Of a stretch of 64,000 nucleotides of DNA, positions 36,332 through 50,751 are shown one piece after another. Positions within the stretch are counted from its first letter, which is position 1, and every line of letters starts with the position of its first letter. The position numbers and the translations under genes were made by a program. The notes below the pieces were generated by a model that made no database searches, was not told where the DNA came from, and saw only the letters and a list, made by a program, of their open reading frames with translations. Source of the stretch: Psammoneis japonica (lineage: Eukaryota); NCBI GenBank assembly GCA_008632985.1, contig QPGO01000022.1, positions 310,001 through 374,000 on the forward strand. Reading direction: 5' to 3'.

Positions 36332-39300
36332 CCTCCCCTGATGAGCAATGCAATGCTCATCAAGAAAGAAAGAGACAGTCCAAAAAAAAAGAGGACCAGA
36401 ACAGCAGAAAACAAAACAACAATCAATGACCATGCCCCATCATGCGTCAAGCATGTCACAACCCACAGCCTTGGTCAGTGCACAAGCAGGGTCAATGACG
36501 ACTCCTGGAACATGTCGAGTGACAATTTTCCCTGCCTCTCGCCAGTCTTGGATTGCAAAATGTTGAGTGTTGATGTGGTGGGAGCACTCTGCAGGCACCT
36601 TGTTGTTGATCATTTGAACAGCAGAAGAGCCATCAATGTGCAAGGGAGCAGGACCAGATTGGGGAAAGCAAGTTCCTCAAGTGCCAAGCAGAGACAGAGG
36701 GTTTGTTTTGCACCAGTGACACTTGCCAAGAATTCTGCCTCCACAGATCTGGTGGCAGTGATTGTCTGAGTCTGACATCAACAATCAATCGCAGCACCTG
36801 CAGGAGTGTGAGCACAACCCATGGTGGAGCAATGGTGCCAAAGCTCATTGGCGTGAGCAGCATCAATGAAATCACAGAGTTGATGTGGATCAACAGCACA
36901 CAGAAATGCAGGAAGGGAAGGATCATCTTCTGGCCAATCAAAGGAATGAGGAGGCAGACCTGGGTCACACTTGGACTTCTCATGCATCAACCCTCTGTGC
37001 TTGGTGTGGAAAAAATGCTTGGCCATTTGCTTGAGAGACAAGCAATGAATCTCAGCCAGAGCCTTGGAGAACTTTGACAATGTGACAACAGGACAACCAA
37101 TGTCCAAGCAGCAACACGAGGGTGCAAAGACCAGTTCACCCAAGACAGGCTGACAAGAGAAGCCTTGGGATTTGGAGAGGGCAGCATGCTCTGGAGCACC
37201 TTCTTCAGGGCCTTTGGCAGCATGCAAATCACCAATGCAATCAACCAGTGCAGGAGCAGCCTTGAAGTTGGTGTTGGATTCATCCACAACAGGAGCATCC
37301 CATCCATGAGTCTTGAAGACACAACCAAGGTAACTTGCAACATTGATCGTGACCAAATCGCCACTCTGGATGACATCAATGCCATTGAACTCAGCAACCA
37401 AACCCAAATGCTTGAACAAAGGGGTGTCTTCATTTTCCATCTGGAGAGCCTTGCCAATGTGGTCATGGATCTCTTTTGCAATCTTCTCTGATGGACAAGC
37501 AAGTGCAAAATCATCAACTTGATGGAGCAAGAGGACCTTGACACCATCACATTCACCTGAATGGACACACTTGTCATGGGCAGCATTGCAGAAGAGAAGT
37601 TTTGCACACCCATTGGAATCAAACTGACGTGCTTTTCCCAAAGTGCACCAGCTTCAGGGTGACCTTGGAGGGCATGCTTGAGTGGAAGAACATGATGGCA
37701 GGGCACTTTCTTGCCAAACTGTTTTTCATGCCATGCAGCATGTGCATCATCAACAGTGACAAAAACAGGTTGTGAAGGACCAGGAGAGCAAGCACAAGCA
37801 TCTGGGGCATCACCACCATAGATTTGATGCAACACAGCAGCACTGAGGGCAAAAAACATCTTCTCAATCAAGCGCTCCACACAAGAAGAGCATGTGGAAG
37901 TCAGTTCATGCAAAATGCTGTCATTGCCAACTTGGGTCCATTTCCGCATTGTTGAGAATGACGTTGACCATCTGGTTTCACCATGCAGTCCCAATGCGGG
38001 GGTGCACAACAGTTGCTCCAGGAGGTTGCAGCTGTGGAGGACCATGCATGCCAAGTGCATAAAATTGGTCCAATTGGCACTTCTCTCCTTCTTCCCATTC
38101 CAGCCATGTGTCAAGTTTACGTGGCTTGGCACAGGTGAGATGATCAAGGGCAGCTTCTTCCAGAGTGAGAGCATGAGAACTAATTGCATGAAGATGGGCA
38201 TGAAAAACATCCATTGGAATGGCCTCATCAGAGAAATCATCTTTGAGGTGAAGGAGAGCTGCAACAGATTGAACGTCCTCCAAGGCAAGTTCTGGCACAT
38301 GGGAATCATCTTCCATCAAGTTGGCATCAAATGAATCTGCTTCCTCAAATGCTTTGTTGAGAGTTTGGTGCAAAAGCAATCTCAAAAGTTGAAATCTCTT
38401 TGTGGGAGACACGTGACAGTGCAGCTTCAGCATCTTTTGGTGCAAAGACTTCTTGCTTGTTGACAGAGACAACATGTGCACCCGCAATTTTGTTGCAAGC
38501 AGCGCAAAGCGATGAGAACAAGGAGGCTGCAGGACTCCAATGCTTGATTTCAGATGCACAGACATGATCCATTAAAGCATGCTGGGAGAAGCCAAATCCA
38601 CAGGCAGGATCCGTGGGAGGGCATTTCGTGGTGCAAGCAACAGTCTTGGCAAAAGGATTCAATGAAGAAGTGAACAGAGGAACAGTTGTTTCCTGCTGTG
38701 TGTCAGCCGGAAAAGGCTGACCCTTTTCCATGCATTGCAAATGGGCAGCATTCAAAGGAAGCTTGTCCAACAACAAGTCATTCATGCCTTCATCATGCTG
38801 CACGTGCTCAGCCCTCTTGACTTTGTCAGTCTCAGGATCCCGCCAAAAAACATTCTTCAAGGTGTTTGGCAGACAACCAAGGAATGCACCTTTCTTCAAG
38901 TTTGTCCTGAATGTGGCTGGACAAGCGGAAGGTTGTTTGGCCCATGCACGGCATCCAAAAGCCTTCAAAGCAGCAAAGTCCTTGATCATTCCAGCAGCAA
39001 GGGTGGTGGGGGATGCATCTTGATCTTTTACAGGAGCAGCATTTTTGACATGTGGGTGATGACAAAACAGGGCCAGAATCAGATTGGGAGGTTGGCACCA
39101 ATTAAAATTGCACAAATCATGTTCTCAACAGTCAAATGTGAGTGTTCAACAGGGCCACATTGGCTGGATGTGCCAGCACCAGAAGGACACATGTCATGCT
39201 GGAATTCTCATTCAAAGAGGTCACAAACTTTGGGATTCTTGTTCAGTTCCCCACCTTGATCCACAAATTCATGTTTGTCATGACAGTTGATCCAAGAGTT

Positions 39301-42300
39301 GGCAAAGCCACTTGAGAGGACTGGCTTTAGAGACCCATGCAACACCACAGACCATGCATGTTTTATGATCATGCACAGTGATCCAACATGTTTGACCATT
39401 GAAACCAAGACAATCAGACTTGCGATCTTCATTCTTGGAGGCTTGACCAGCAAAAGCAAAATCCACAGCAAGGCCTTGGCATTGTTGGGTCACCTTTCGA
39501 GTCGCATCAGGTCCAGCGGGCATCTTGACTTGTTTTGCCTGGGTGCATGTTGGACAAACATCAAGGACTGGGTTGGCATCATGTTGGAACTTGGGAACCC
39601 CTTTGATGCACTTGTGAGCATCACACAAGTGATGATGCTGGGATGACCAAGGCGGTGGTGCCACAGCAAACGTTCAGCTTCAATTTTGAGAGAACGGAGA
39701 CCAGAGTTGAAGTGGGTGATGGTGGCAAGACTTCATCTGCAGAATTGCACCACATCAAAAACAGCTCAGTGTCCATCACAAGTGGGTTGGTTGAGGCTTG
39801 TTGGACATTTACATGGAATGTGGCATGTTGGCATGCATCTTCAAGGTCAGCATCCAAGGTTGGATTGGACATTGGAGGTGCTTGATGGTTGGCAACCTCT
39901 GACAGGGGAACCAGAGCTTGGGCAAAATTCTTTCCATGGCAAAGAATGCCATGAACTGCCACCTCTTGGGCATCAGTTGAAGCAGCACATCTGCAAGTCC
40001 TGTCAGCAAAGGTCTTCTCAAGGAACTTGGATCAAATGGCATGTGGTTTAAAGCCAGAAGCCAATCAAAGTGGAATGCAGGCTTGGGTGACAAAAGGTGC
40101 GCACAAGAAGGAAGCCATCTGCATTCTCTGCAGGTGCTTGCAAGCAACCATGGCCATGGGAAATCATGTTGGATCCTTTGGCAGCAGGGAGCATCTTCAA
40201 AGGACACAGGTCATCTGGTCCAAACAGGGCACAGGCATGAAGAAGGTTCTTGTCACCTCCACAGGACACCCAGGCACCAGTGTCAATCTGTGCATGGCAC
40301 ATTGTTGAATCTTGGAGCACATGATTGATGGGACAACAGGGGCATTCAAAGATTCAAACGGTGCAGATGGATCTGGAAGAGAAAGAATCAGGGGGAGATG
40401 CGCGCAGCACTCAATGGTGACAAGTGTTGACAAGCAGTCACATCAAGGTGCTCAAAATCTTGATTTTGATCAGTGGACAGAGGGACATCCATGTCCAGGG
40501 CAGGGGATTCTTGAAGAATGGGTTCCCACCCCTGATTAATGCTGTCAGGGTTGTCATCCAGAATCATCTTGACATCCGGAGTGCTGGCCTTTGTCGAATC
40601 CGAAAGAAGGTTGGCAAACAACACACAGGAAAGACACAGTTCAGTGGAAGGCAACAAGTCAGGTAGACCCTCTTTTGCAGTCACCCTGCTTGCAGGAGGT
40701 GGTTTCAGATTTGGGGCAGATGGGCAGCATTGTTCATCAGAATGCAACAACAGCCCTGGGAAAAATCCTTCTTGGTCTTCTCAGCCTTGAGTGCATCTTG
40801 AGCAAGCTGATCTCATTGAAGGAATTGGGAGAATTGGATGAGATGGGTGTGCAAGCACTCAGCATTGTTCAATGCAGGGCATTCATGGGCAAGTCTGTGC
40901 AGCATTGGGTGAAGCCTTAATCCTGCAGATGCAAGCTTTGTAAATGCCACGCGCAGTGCCTGCACTTCATCATCCAGAGGAATTTCCATGGCAGCAAGTT
41001 CATTCACAAAGCACTCCACAGCATCCAGTGGCACTTCCGCAGGAGGGGGGGTTGTTTGCTTTGGAGTTTCCTCAACAACTGGGGGTGGATCAGATGGTTT
41101 GTCTGGAGGTGGCAAGTTTAGACCTCGAACAGGAGCTGCAGGAGAAGGATTTTACAGGAGGACGAGGAGTCTGATTGTGGAGACAATGCAGGGGACACTT
41201 GGGAGCTTCTTGGGTGCAAAGAGCAGGACCATCCAGTTCCTTGAGGATCATGCCAACAGTCTCAACAATCTTCTTCTGAGTGAACTTGTGTTGTTTGTTC
41301 TTGTCTTCCCAAGCATCCACTGTTTTGCATTGTAGATGCTCTCCACATTGGGTGTGTTGCTGACAAAGATGTGTGGCTTGCCAGGGTCATCAAGAGAGGC
41401 ATCAACATTGGAGACAATTGCCCGCAGCTGAGGGAAGTCCCTGAAAAGAGCATGGCAACTAAGAATCATGAGATTGTTCTGGCAAGGGCAGCTCTTGATC
41501 AGTTCATGCGGATGCTTTGTCCAAATCTGGAGGATGTCAAAGAGAATCATCTTGAGGGCCTCATGTCCATCACCACAGCATTGGCAAACAACATCTGGTC
41601 ACTTGGAGTTAGCTGGAAAATCCCAACCTTCTGGATGTGCTGGAAGACAGTCAACTTCATCCAATCAAGTGGCACTTGCATGCAAAGTGGTGGGTCATCT
41701 GCAGGATCATTGCCACTTGTGAAGCCCCAATTTCTGCCATCCTTGATGAGACACCACACAGAGGATGCATGTGTGTGCCACAAGCCAAGGCTTGTTGGGT
41801 TGCAGCAGCACACCATGCATGGATTCCTTGAGGAGAGATGTCATCACAAGTGAGGGGATCACAAAGAAATGACTTGGCATCCCAATCGATGCAGTGGGCA
41901 AAGAGAGAACCATCAGCAAGCATGAGATGTTCTGCATCATCTTCACAATGAAGATTTCTAGACTTGCAGGGTGTTGATGATTTCCCCAACACTGCTTTCC
42001 CTGCTTCCTTGCGTTGACAGCAATCTGGCACATCCTTGGGAAGTCCTTTTGGACCAAAGGTGTGCATGGCACCAGTCACAGTCGAGGCAGAAGCTGCAGC
42101 AGCAGCAGTCATGGAGGAAGGTGCAGAAGATGGTGCAGGAGGAGCAGTCTTCTTCAATGCATTGTTCATGGCTTGCTCATGCTCTTTTGGATCAGGCAAA
42201 TGAGTGGCTAAGGCCTTGAAAAGATCTTCAGCAGTGGCACCTGTGGTGGCAGCAGGTGGAGGTGCAGAACTTGAGGCACAAGATGACTTTGGGTGTGGGG

Positions 42301-42954
42301 CATCGGACACATCATCCCAACATGCGCAAGATTGGAAATCAGGATGAAAGAAGAGACACCAATGGATGCAACATGTGTCGTCACAGTGTCCTGACCATCT
42401 GAGATTGCCTCTGATCATGGCCTTCTGAAGGTTGGCATGATTCAGACAAATCTGAGAACCTTGAGGAGCAGCCACAAAAAGAGGAGCCTTCTCAATGGTC
42501 ACTCCAATCTGTGCAAGATCTTCAGTCCTCAGAGCAGCTTGGGGGACAACAAGTTCCTGAACAATCTCATGATGGAGAGTTGCAACAGCGTTGCTCTTGA
42601 GGCCTTGAGGAGCAAATCTGTCCAGAAGATCTTCAGGAGCAGGGATCTTGTCCAAATGAAGGGCACTCAGGTGAACATGGGCATCAGGTGAGAGGTGATG
42701 TGGCTTGAATTTGACCAGTGTCAACGTGATCTTGGTCAAATCCACGGCATTTGTGTTCTTGTTGACCATGGTTGTGCAGGAAAAAAACAAATTCCTGTGC
42801 AGAGCTCTGGCATGTGTTCTGCTGTGGTTGTTTGATCACCAAAACAATGAAAAATGAAACATTGACATTCTGCAGACACAAACACACTGAGTGTGATTCA
42901 AATGATCTGCAATGTGCAGCTGCAGAGGATGTTCACCAGACCAACTGACTTGTG

Positions 42955-43116
42955 GCGACAGACATCCGAGATGGGGAGTGCGCTCCCTTGTGTTGGACAG
43001 ACTGGCACAGATGGCATGGAGAGATCTCTCCTTTGCTCACTTTCTTTCTCATCCAGCACATGATTGTCATCTGTCCCAGATGTCAGTTGGGTTGTCCCAA
43101 TGCCGGCAGTTCACAA
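42955..43116 (+). repeat. Second copy of the same LTR-like repeat, in inverted orientation
   Basis: ACAGACATCCGAGATGGGGAG...CTCCTTTGCTCACTTTCTTTCTCATC...GGCAGT matches the reverse complement of 36159-36331. Confidence 0.8.
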
Positions 43117-44049
43117 GGTTGTGAGCAGCAGCATGCTGTTTGTCTTCCTCTGCACTGCCACGTTGCAATGCCCATTGTGTGATTTGGCAACTTTCCTCCA
43201 TCGAAATTGTCCTCATTGCCACAGCTGTTTTGTGCTGCTGCACACTGGTTTTCTTGCAGAGTCATGCAAGACTTTGGGTGCAATGGCAACACCAGCAATG
43301 TCCCTCCCTGCAACCTCCTTCACACACCCACAACAATCTCTGTTGTTGTTGCATTGTCATCATGCCCAACCCTCACAAGAGTGATGCCAGAAAAGGTTGT
43401 AGAGAGGTGTTCATGGCTGCAGCAGTGGTCACAGAGGAGCCAGCTACACCGCAAGTGCTGGCAGTCATGCCGGCGGTCATGGAGGCAGTTGCAGAGAGGC
43501 AGCAGAGGAAGACGTGGAGCTCAACATCCCTTGCAAGGCACAAGGTTGAGCCCCCAGAAACATGGCTGTGGTGCCACTGCAGCTGCTGCACCTGCCCCAA
43601 ACCCAGCCCCCACTCAAGTCAATGCTCAAGCTGACTCAGATGATGCCCCCCCCCCCTCCATGATTGGAGATCTTTCTTGGTTCAAGGAATGCAATGAAAC
43701 TCTGTTGTTTAAGAGCATGGAACTGCTTGAAGCATCCCGCCATCATGCCCTGTGCCCTCTTGACCCTTGCAAGTTGTCTCACCCAATGTTGCTCATCTGG
43801 TTTCATTTTTTCTGGAGGGTGCATGGGATGTTTCAAAACCAACACACATGACAAACTCCACGCCATTTTGAAAGCCAAGTGCAATCCCCCAAAGGAAAAG
43901 CATGCCACCACCACTGCTCAGATGGCCTCACTCTAGAAAGCCCAGAAGCAGATGCTTCATGCTGGTCAGCTAACTGCTCTGGAACAAAGCATTCTTCCAG
44001 GGAAAGTGGCAGAGCACAAGGTTAGTTGACATCTTTTTGAGATTGGTTT

Positions 44050-45600
44050 TCAGTCATTGCGCTTCTTGCTGTCATGCTGAAGCTCGTGGCATGCTTTCCC
44101 CATTGCAATTTCTCCATTGAGCACTGGAATGTTGCAAGGTGTCACACTGTGCTGGCACAGACAACTGGTGTGACAACAGTGCTCTTGTCAACATGTTCCT
44201 CCATTTGTCAGTTTCTTGCCCCACTGTTGACCTGTCTGATCAAGCTTGCCCAGAAAAAGATTTCCACCTGAGGCACCATGGAGCAAACATGCTGTCTCTA
44301 GACTGGGATGTCATCAACAACATTTGTCAGACATCCACAAAAATGGAGTCACTGTTGGACCTGTTTCCCCACAGGCAAGTTCCTCAAACTGAGTGGGTTG
44401 AGGGATGTCAAGACTGACAGGTGCCAGCATCTGTTCTTCCTCTCAATGCCAGGATCAACATTTGAGCTGACAAGTTGGCCAGCAGGTGTCAAGGATGGCA
44501 CACATCTGACACATCACAGGTGACACCTCTGCCTTGCTGTCAAGCTTGCCCCAGTTTGTTGGACAGCACCATCACAACTGGATGGAAGGCTGCTGTTCTC
44601 TGCATGGCTGCAGCTCCTCCACTGCATTGGCACATTGGAGAGTGGAATGATTGGGATGAGTCTGTTCCAGACATGATTGGTTGGTCAGTGCAGGCAACTC
44701 CAGTCTGCAGGTTCTCAAAAAAGCATGTCTCCATGGTCAAGTTGATTCACAAAATGCTTGCCCCACCAACAAAACTGTGCGTCAACACAACCTGGTGTGT
44801 CCCCACCATTGTGTCTCATGCGAGCACCCATGGAGGGCTGCAATCATGTCCTGAAATGCCCTGACAACAAGCCCTGGCAATGGAAATCTCTTTGTCTCTG
44901 TGCTGGTTGTGACAAGATGAACACAACAATGCCCCCTCTGCAAGAATTCCTTGTGATGTCTGTCAAGGTGTGGTTCCTTGACATGATGGTGTGCAAAGTC
45001 AACATTGGCCCAATGCTGCACCCATCTCATGGAGAGCCCAATCTGAGATCAGATGGTGCCAACTTTTCAACGGACAGTTTTTAACCCTGTGGAACACCTT
45101 CCAAGAGATTCATCTTCATGAGTCCAGACTCCCAGACCAACATTGTAAAGAAGACAGACCTCCTCCAGTGTGAGCAGTGTAGATCAGATGATTTGTCTGG
45201 ACTTCCTGGTGGGATTTGTGGGAAACACACAACAACGCAGCTCACAGGCAAGATGTTGATTTGTGGAAATCTTTGCAACACTGACAGGCTGAGGCCAAGC
45301 ACACAGCAATGTACAAGAAAAGACAGGAACACTTTGCCAAAGACAGAGAGGTCTTGTTGGATTCTCTTGAAGTGCACAAAAGACTTGCACCACTTCTGCA
45401 ACACAAAACTGGACTGCAATGGCAAATCATGTCTGCAGGCAAGCATCAAAAAGCTGAAGTGCTCCGCACATTGCAGCACTTGCTCTGTTGTAAGTTACTT
45501 TGGCAGGGCCAGCTGGCAACCATCCTTGCTAATCCTTGTCCCCTTTTGCCACACCTGATGATGTGCTGGAAGTGTGGGTTGGCTGGTGCCAGCCTGGCTG
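44050..45600 (+). mobile_element. 3' fragment of an RNase H-containing non-LTR retrotransposon (Ambal-like), decayed
   Basis: RNase H remnants HAEARGMLS, WCDNSALV, DWDVI and WVEGCQD...NI*ADKLA, then a Trp/Cys-rich C-terminal region. Limits approximate. Confidence 0.6.
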
Positions 45601-48479
45601 GCAAAGGAGTGACAGCACTTAAAACAGATCTGCTTTTTTCATTGGATTTCCATCAAAGCAAGAGACGAACACTGTGAACTTCCAACCACTCCTTCATGCT
45701 GTTGCAACCACAGAGTCTCCCTTTGTGAGTGTGGTTTGGGAGCAGTTGTTTAGTGACAAGAACAGCCGCTGCAACACACCTTCCATTCATGCAAGGATTT
45801 GGGAGAAAGCAGGCCCCAGTGGCTCAGGCATGCAGAAGTTCCCATGTCAGCATGCCAAGTGCACCATGCTCTCCTCCACCATGTGGGATGTCCCATGTGG
45901 GATGAGCCAAGTGCTGTGACATCTCCCAGCAACATTCACAAGCTCCAGTCACTTCACCATGGTGCCTTTCCTCTGCAGCAATGATGGCAGCTTCCACAAT
46001 CTCCCAGATTTCATCTTGTTCCACCAACTTGCAACAATGCGTGGGGTTGTCACAAAAGTGTTGGAGCATGTCACAGCCCTAATTTGTCCTGAATGTGCTG
46101 CTCAAATGGGACCCACAGTGGCAAGACATGTTGTTGTGACCTTTTGCATTGCTGATTGTCATGCACAATGGAAAGCAAAGGCAGACAAACCCAAGCAAAG
46201 GCATTGCCATGGAAAAACCAGTCTCCCTCTTGGAAAGGTGGAGCAACTCTGCGAATGTCTCCCACAACACACTGTGGTGAAAATTGATGTGGGTCTTCTA
46301 TCACAGCTTGGATTGCCAGTTGACAATTCTCTCATTGCTGGTCTTTGGGTGTGGTGGCACCATTCCCAGCATGGACCAAACAAGAGAGGCTCTGAGATTG
46401 CCCAATGTGACAAGAGCTGGTTGTGCTTGCAGATGACCTGTGTTGTTGTGGAGAGTTGAGAGGAGTTGTCAAACGACACATTGGGACAAATGAAATGAGA
46501 GCTGCATGGGCATCATTGCCCAGCTCAGCAAGGGAGGATTGGAGATCATCCTCAGCTTGCTTCTGCAAATGCCAGTGTTCAGAGAGTTGTGTGTGTGCTC
46601 ATTGGTTTTGTTTTGGGGGAGCTTGCAGGGGGGATCATTTCTCCTTGTGTGACTGCTGGCAGGGCTTGATCACCAGGGGTTTCCAAAACACCCTTCTCAC
46701 ACAATGCCAAAGAAAAAATGGCACAAAAGCACTGGGGGAAACTTGGGTCCTGCATGCACAGTGGAATGGATGGGCTCCAGCCCAGTGCAATCAGTGCACT
46801 TTGCTGTCGTGCATCTCAAGGTGGCAGAGCAGGACAAAGACTTGTGCTCACAGTCACTCTCTTTGGCATGTCCAGCCCAAGAAAGAAAAAGCCTTGCAGA
46901 AGTTTGTTTCCCCAAGGCACAAAGGTCTCAAAGCAGGCCAATGCAGTGTGCATGCTGTTTTGTCATTGTCAACAATTTTTCCATCACTGCTGTCTGAGTG
47001 GGAAGAGGATCAGTGAGAATGAGGTGGTGAAAGCAGGTTGAGCTCCTCCTCCAGAAGAAGCAAATCATGGAACAAGCCATCATCAGACATCTCTTGAACC
47101 AGAGAGCACCAATGCTGTTTTGCTCTGTTGCTGGCAAATGTCAAGAATTGCCACCACAATCAAAGCGCCACTTCTTGCTGCCTTGTTTGTTGGCATGGCC
47201 ATTGTTCATCAATTGACAATCAGTGGGAGCAAGCAAAAAGAGGGGAGATGATGACACAGAATTGCAATCTAGAAGGAACAGAGACAAGGGTCCATCAGAG
47301 CTTGAGCAAAGGGAATGGTTGAGAGGAGATCCTGACAGATCCAAAAGCATGACAAAACAGCATTGCCTGAGGAGCCCAAGGGAGATGGAGGTGCACATTG
47401 TTGAAGCCAAACTGGAAGAAAGAAGAACACTGGGACACCTTTGAAAATGTGCATGGAGAGCACATCCATTGTGGTTGTTGTGGGACATGCGTGCTGGACA
47501 CAGCAGACTGTGACAGCAGTGTGCCATTGTTGCAAGTGCAACGTAGATGAGAGAACTGCTTGTGTGGCATCCAATGGAACAAACAGAGACAAATGATGAT
47601 GCAGCAGAAACAGTGTAAAACACAGACAAAGGGTGATCAAATGAAAGGTCAACCAAGCAAATGAACATTTTCTCAACAAGATCAAACTGCACAAAATGAA
47701 ACATTGCACAATCATCAATGCAGGTGCAGCCATCAATTTTATGAGCATTGACAAGTTTTTGAAAATGCCCAGTGTGTGACCCAAAACAGATGATCACAAC
47801 AACATTTTTTTGTGAATGAAAAAACAAAATGCATCTGATGTTTTTGCAACAAATGGGCATCAGTGGAAATGACAATCACAAATGTGATGAATGCAATTGT
47901 TGTTTGTGATGAGGGCATCAATGGCCTGCAACAGGGCAAGATTCCTCCCGAATGTTGTCCATCTCCAGTGAATGCAAAATGGTGAGCCATTTCTCACTGA
48001 AGACAAGGAGGCTGCAATTGGCAATTTCTGTTTCATGGGACACCTCCTTGCTGAAACACTTGAGTGCATCAGCATGAAGGGATCTGTTGCCAACCCCACT
48101 TTTGGGCTTCACTTCCAGACACTGACACACTCCTCAAGCAAGCGTGTGTGTCAGAAATCAATTATGGTGTGGCTCTGCATCCCATCTTTTCTCCTTGCTC
48201 AAAGCAACTGAGAACAGGATTGTGGGTGCACAGGTTGTGTTGGTCAATGGCGTTGATGTTTTTGACCATGACCAAGCCTTCACTGAACTCCAGTGCCTCC
48301 ATCATGCAGACAACTGAGATCTCAACATGTTGCTTTTGCTCCCAAACATCATCTTCAACCTCAACTCCCTCATGCTCCAGTGTGCTTTGGCTGAGCATGA
48401 TGTTTTTGCTCCACTCCCAGATGACATGGTTGAAATGCACCTGAGCTCACTGTGGCAGATTTGCATCATGCTGTTGCTG

Positions 48480-50610
48480 CTCTCCATTTCTCTGGGCTGA
48501 TTTCTTTCCTGCCTGATGACAAATGAGAGCCAGATTTTGCTCCCGACTGTTGATTGCAAGAATGGCATCTTAAACATTTTTGCAAATTTTGCCATGCTGC
48601 CACCCCACCAGAGGAATGTGAGTGTGACAGTTTGCTCACAACCACCTCAAGAGAAACTCCACACTTGCTTGGCCACAATGGCAGAAAGGCAAGCACAACC
48701 AATTGGATCAGTTCCATGCATGATGTCAAAAATCAGGTGGCACTTGATGATCCCAATGCTGTTGTGATGGTTCATCCTGTGCTGCTCCTGCTCTCCACTG
48801 CCTGCAGTCCACACACTTGTCCTGTGTTGAGCAGCCAGCCAATCCAACAGTTGTTTGTTTTGTGCTCTGTGCTTCAACAGGACATCAAGTTTGCTCTGGG
48901 GATGGTTGAGATGCACATGCCCACTCTTGGCAACCATCTGCTCAGCTTTGTGTGCAGGTTGATGAAACATTTTCAACATGGCACAAGCCATGTTTTGACA
49001 TCAATCTTGATTGGTCAGCAGCACTTCCTGCCCATTCTCCACACACTGCAGGGTCACCCAGAAACTGGTGTTTTCTGGAGAATCATGTCAGCTCCATTTT
49101 GACTGATGCCAAGCTTTTTTTGCAACAAAGTGCACAACAAGTGCAGCCACACTTCCACCTTTCAGGGCAAGCACATTCTCTTGTTCTGACAGCAGGTGGA
49201 CAATTTCTCTGTTGTGTGTCCTGAGGAATCATGTTCATGATCAAGACTTTTGATGAACTTGGTGCTGCTCTTCAACTTCCCTGCAAAAACTTCATTCTCT
49301 TCTCAGTGGAAGGGGGGGATCTCCAGCCATGTCAAGTCAGAATCTGATCAATGTGGCTGTGACAAGCAATGGACATGGAATCATCACACTGGTGGATGTC
49401 CACATTGTTGGACTCAGCACACAGTTCAATGCACTTGCTGTCAGGCCACACTGAGGATGTCAGTGAAATTTTCTGCACATCCGAGTCATTTTTTGATGTT
49501 GGCCCCATTGAGAGATCTTCAAAACATGTGGGGTTGGATGAGACTCAAGGTTTTGGCTGTCAAAACTCGCTGCATCTCCTGCTCCAGTTCACTGTGTTGC
49601 ATTGAAGGGCGATGCTGCAAAATGCATTTGACATGTGAAGCATTGGGGCATCAACTAGAAGAAGCCACTCAAGGACCTGAATTGCCTGGGTGTCCTTTTG
49701 AGTGCCTTGTGGTGGACCCAACTCTCCCTGCAACCCCCTCTGCGGATTCTCCCACACAACTCTGCTTGCTTTCGTGAATGTGCTTCATGGCAATGACCTT
49801 CAAAACCATCACTCCACCACAGGATGTGGTTGCATTTTAGCAGGTGGGGCCATTTCTTGCCACTGCAAGATGCAAACAGTTGCTGTGACTGGCTCTGCAG
49901 AGAAGCTGAGGAGTTCTGCTCCACTGGCAACACTGCAAGGGGAAACACATTCATCCTGTGCCATGTCCTCAAGGAGCTTGGTTTCCCCAAGATGTCCCAG
50001 CTCCACTCTTTGTTGACAACGAATCAGCCACAAAGATCATCAACAATTGTGCTCCTGCTGAGAAATCCTGCTGCACATTGACATCCAATGTGGCTTGCCA
50101 TCCAAGGCCAGAGAAGGGCGCTGCTGGTCACATTGTCAACCTGCATGTTCCTGGTGTTGTTGACCCCAGCAATGGTCTCATCTCACCAAGGCTCTTGGCT
50201 TGACACTGCATGCCTGTCTTGCTTGCCAGCTTGTCAGACACTGTTGCTGAGTCTTTCGTCCCACATCTGCTGACACTGGCATCTCTGCCGAGTTGGTGCG
50301 CTGACCCCCCTTTTTTTGTGTTTTTGTGTTTTGCCCCCTTGTTTGGTTGGCTGGTCATCCGGTCTGCATTGCCCTGGATGTTGTCTGCTGCTGCCTTCCC
50401 TTTTTCATTCCATCTGTGAACTGCATTGTCTCTTTTTTGACATGCCAGGTCAGGGGAGGTGTCATTTGACCTGCTCTGCTGTGTGCGGCCAGACTGTGCA
50501 TGTGCAGAGGATGTTGGCCAGGCATCTCTAGATTGAACAGACAACAGGAGCAGATCTCTCTGAGATCTGCTTCTCGCTCTTTCTTGCCAGTGCACATGCT
50601 GTCACTGACA
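48480..50610 (+). mobile_element. Copia RT/RNase H fragment with PPT and 3' LTR
   Basis: TLQGHPETGVFW, RQVDNF, LFVDNESATKIINN and HVPGVVDP. PPT CAGGGGAGG at 50451-50459, then TGTCA...TGACA at 50460-50610. Confidence 0.75.
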
Positions 50611-50751
50611 CCAGTTTGTGGCAAAGTTCCTTGCGCTTGTCCCTTTTGCTGTCGCTGCTCCAGTCAGGTGAAATGCCATGATGGTGCTGCGAGATGCAGG
50701 GTTGGGTGGTGTTTCCGGGTCCCCATGGAGTGCAACAATGGGATGGAGTGG

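Larger units (their letters stand above)
36159..43116 (-). mobile_element. Ty1/Copia retrotransposon (diatom CoDi-like), near full length and heavily mutated
   Basis: Domain order gag (42790-), protease IDTGA (~40280), pre-integrase/integrase (~39680-38350), RT (ALQGHPEAGALW, QVDDF), RNase H (HFAIQDW). PPT CAGGGGAGGG near 36331-36340. Confidence 0.88.

Noticed and set aside
26817..50700. Hundreds of short overlapping Cys/His/Gln/Trp-rich ORFs in all six frames
   Set aside because: They result from loss of TAA/TAG stops and gain of TG/CA. They almost lack Tyr and are not genes or metal-binding peptides.
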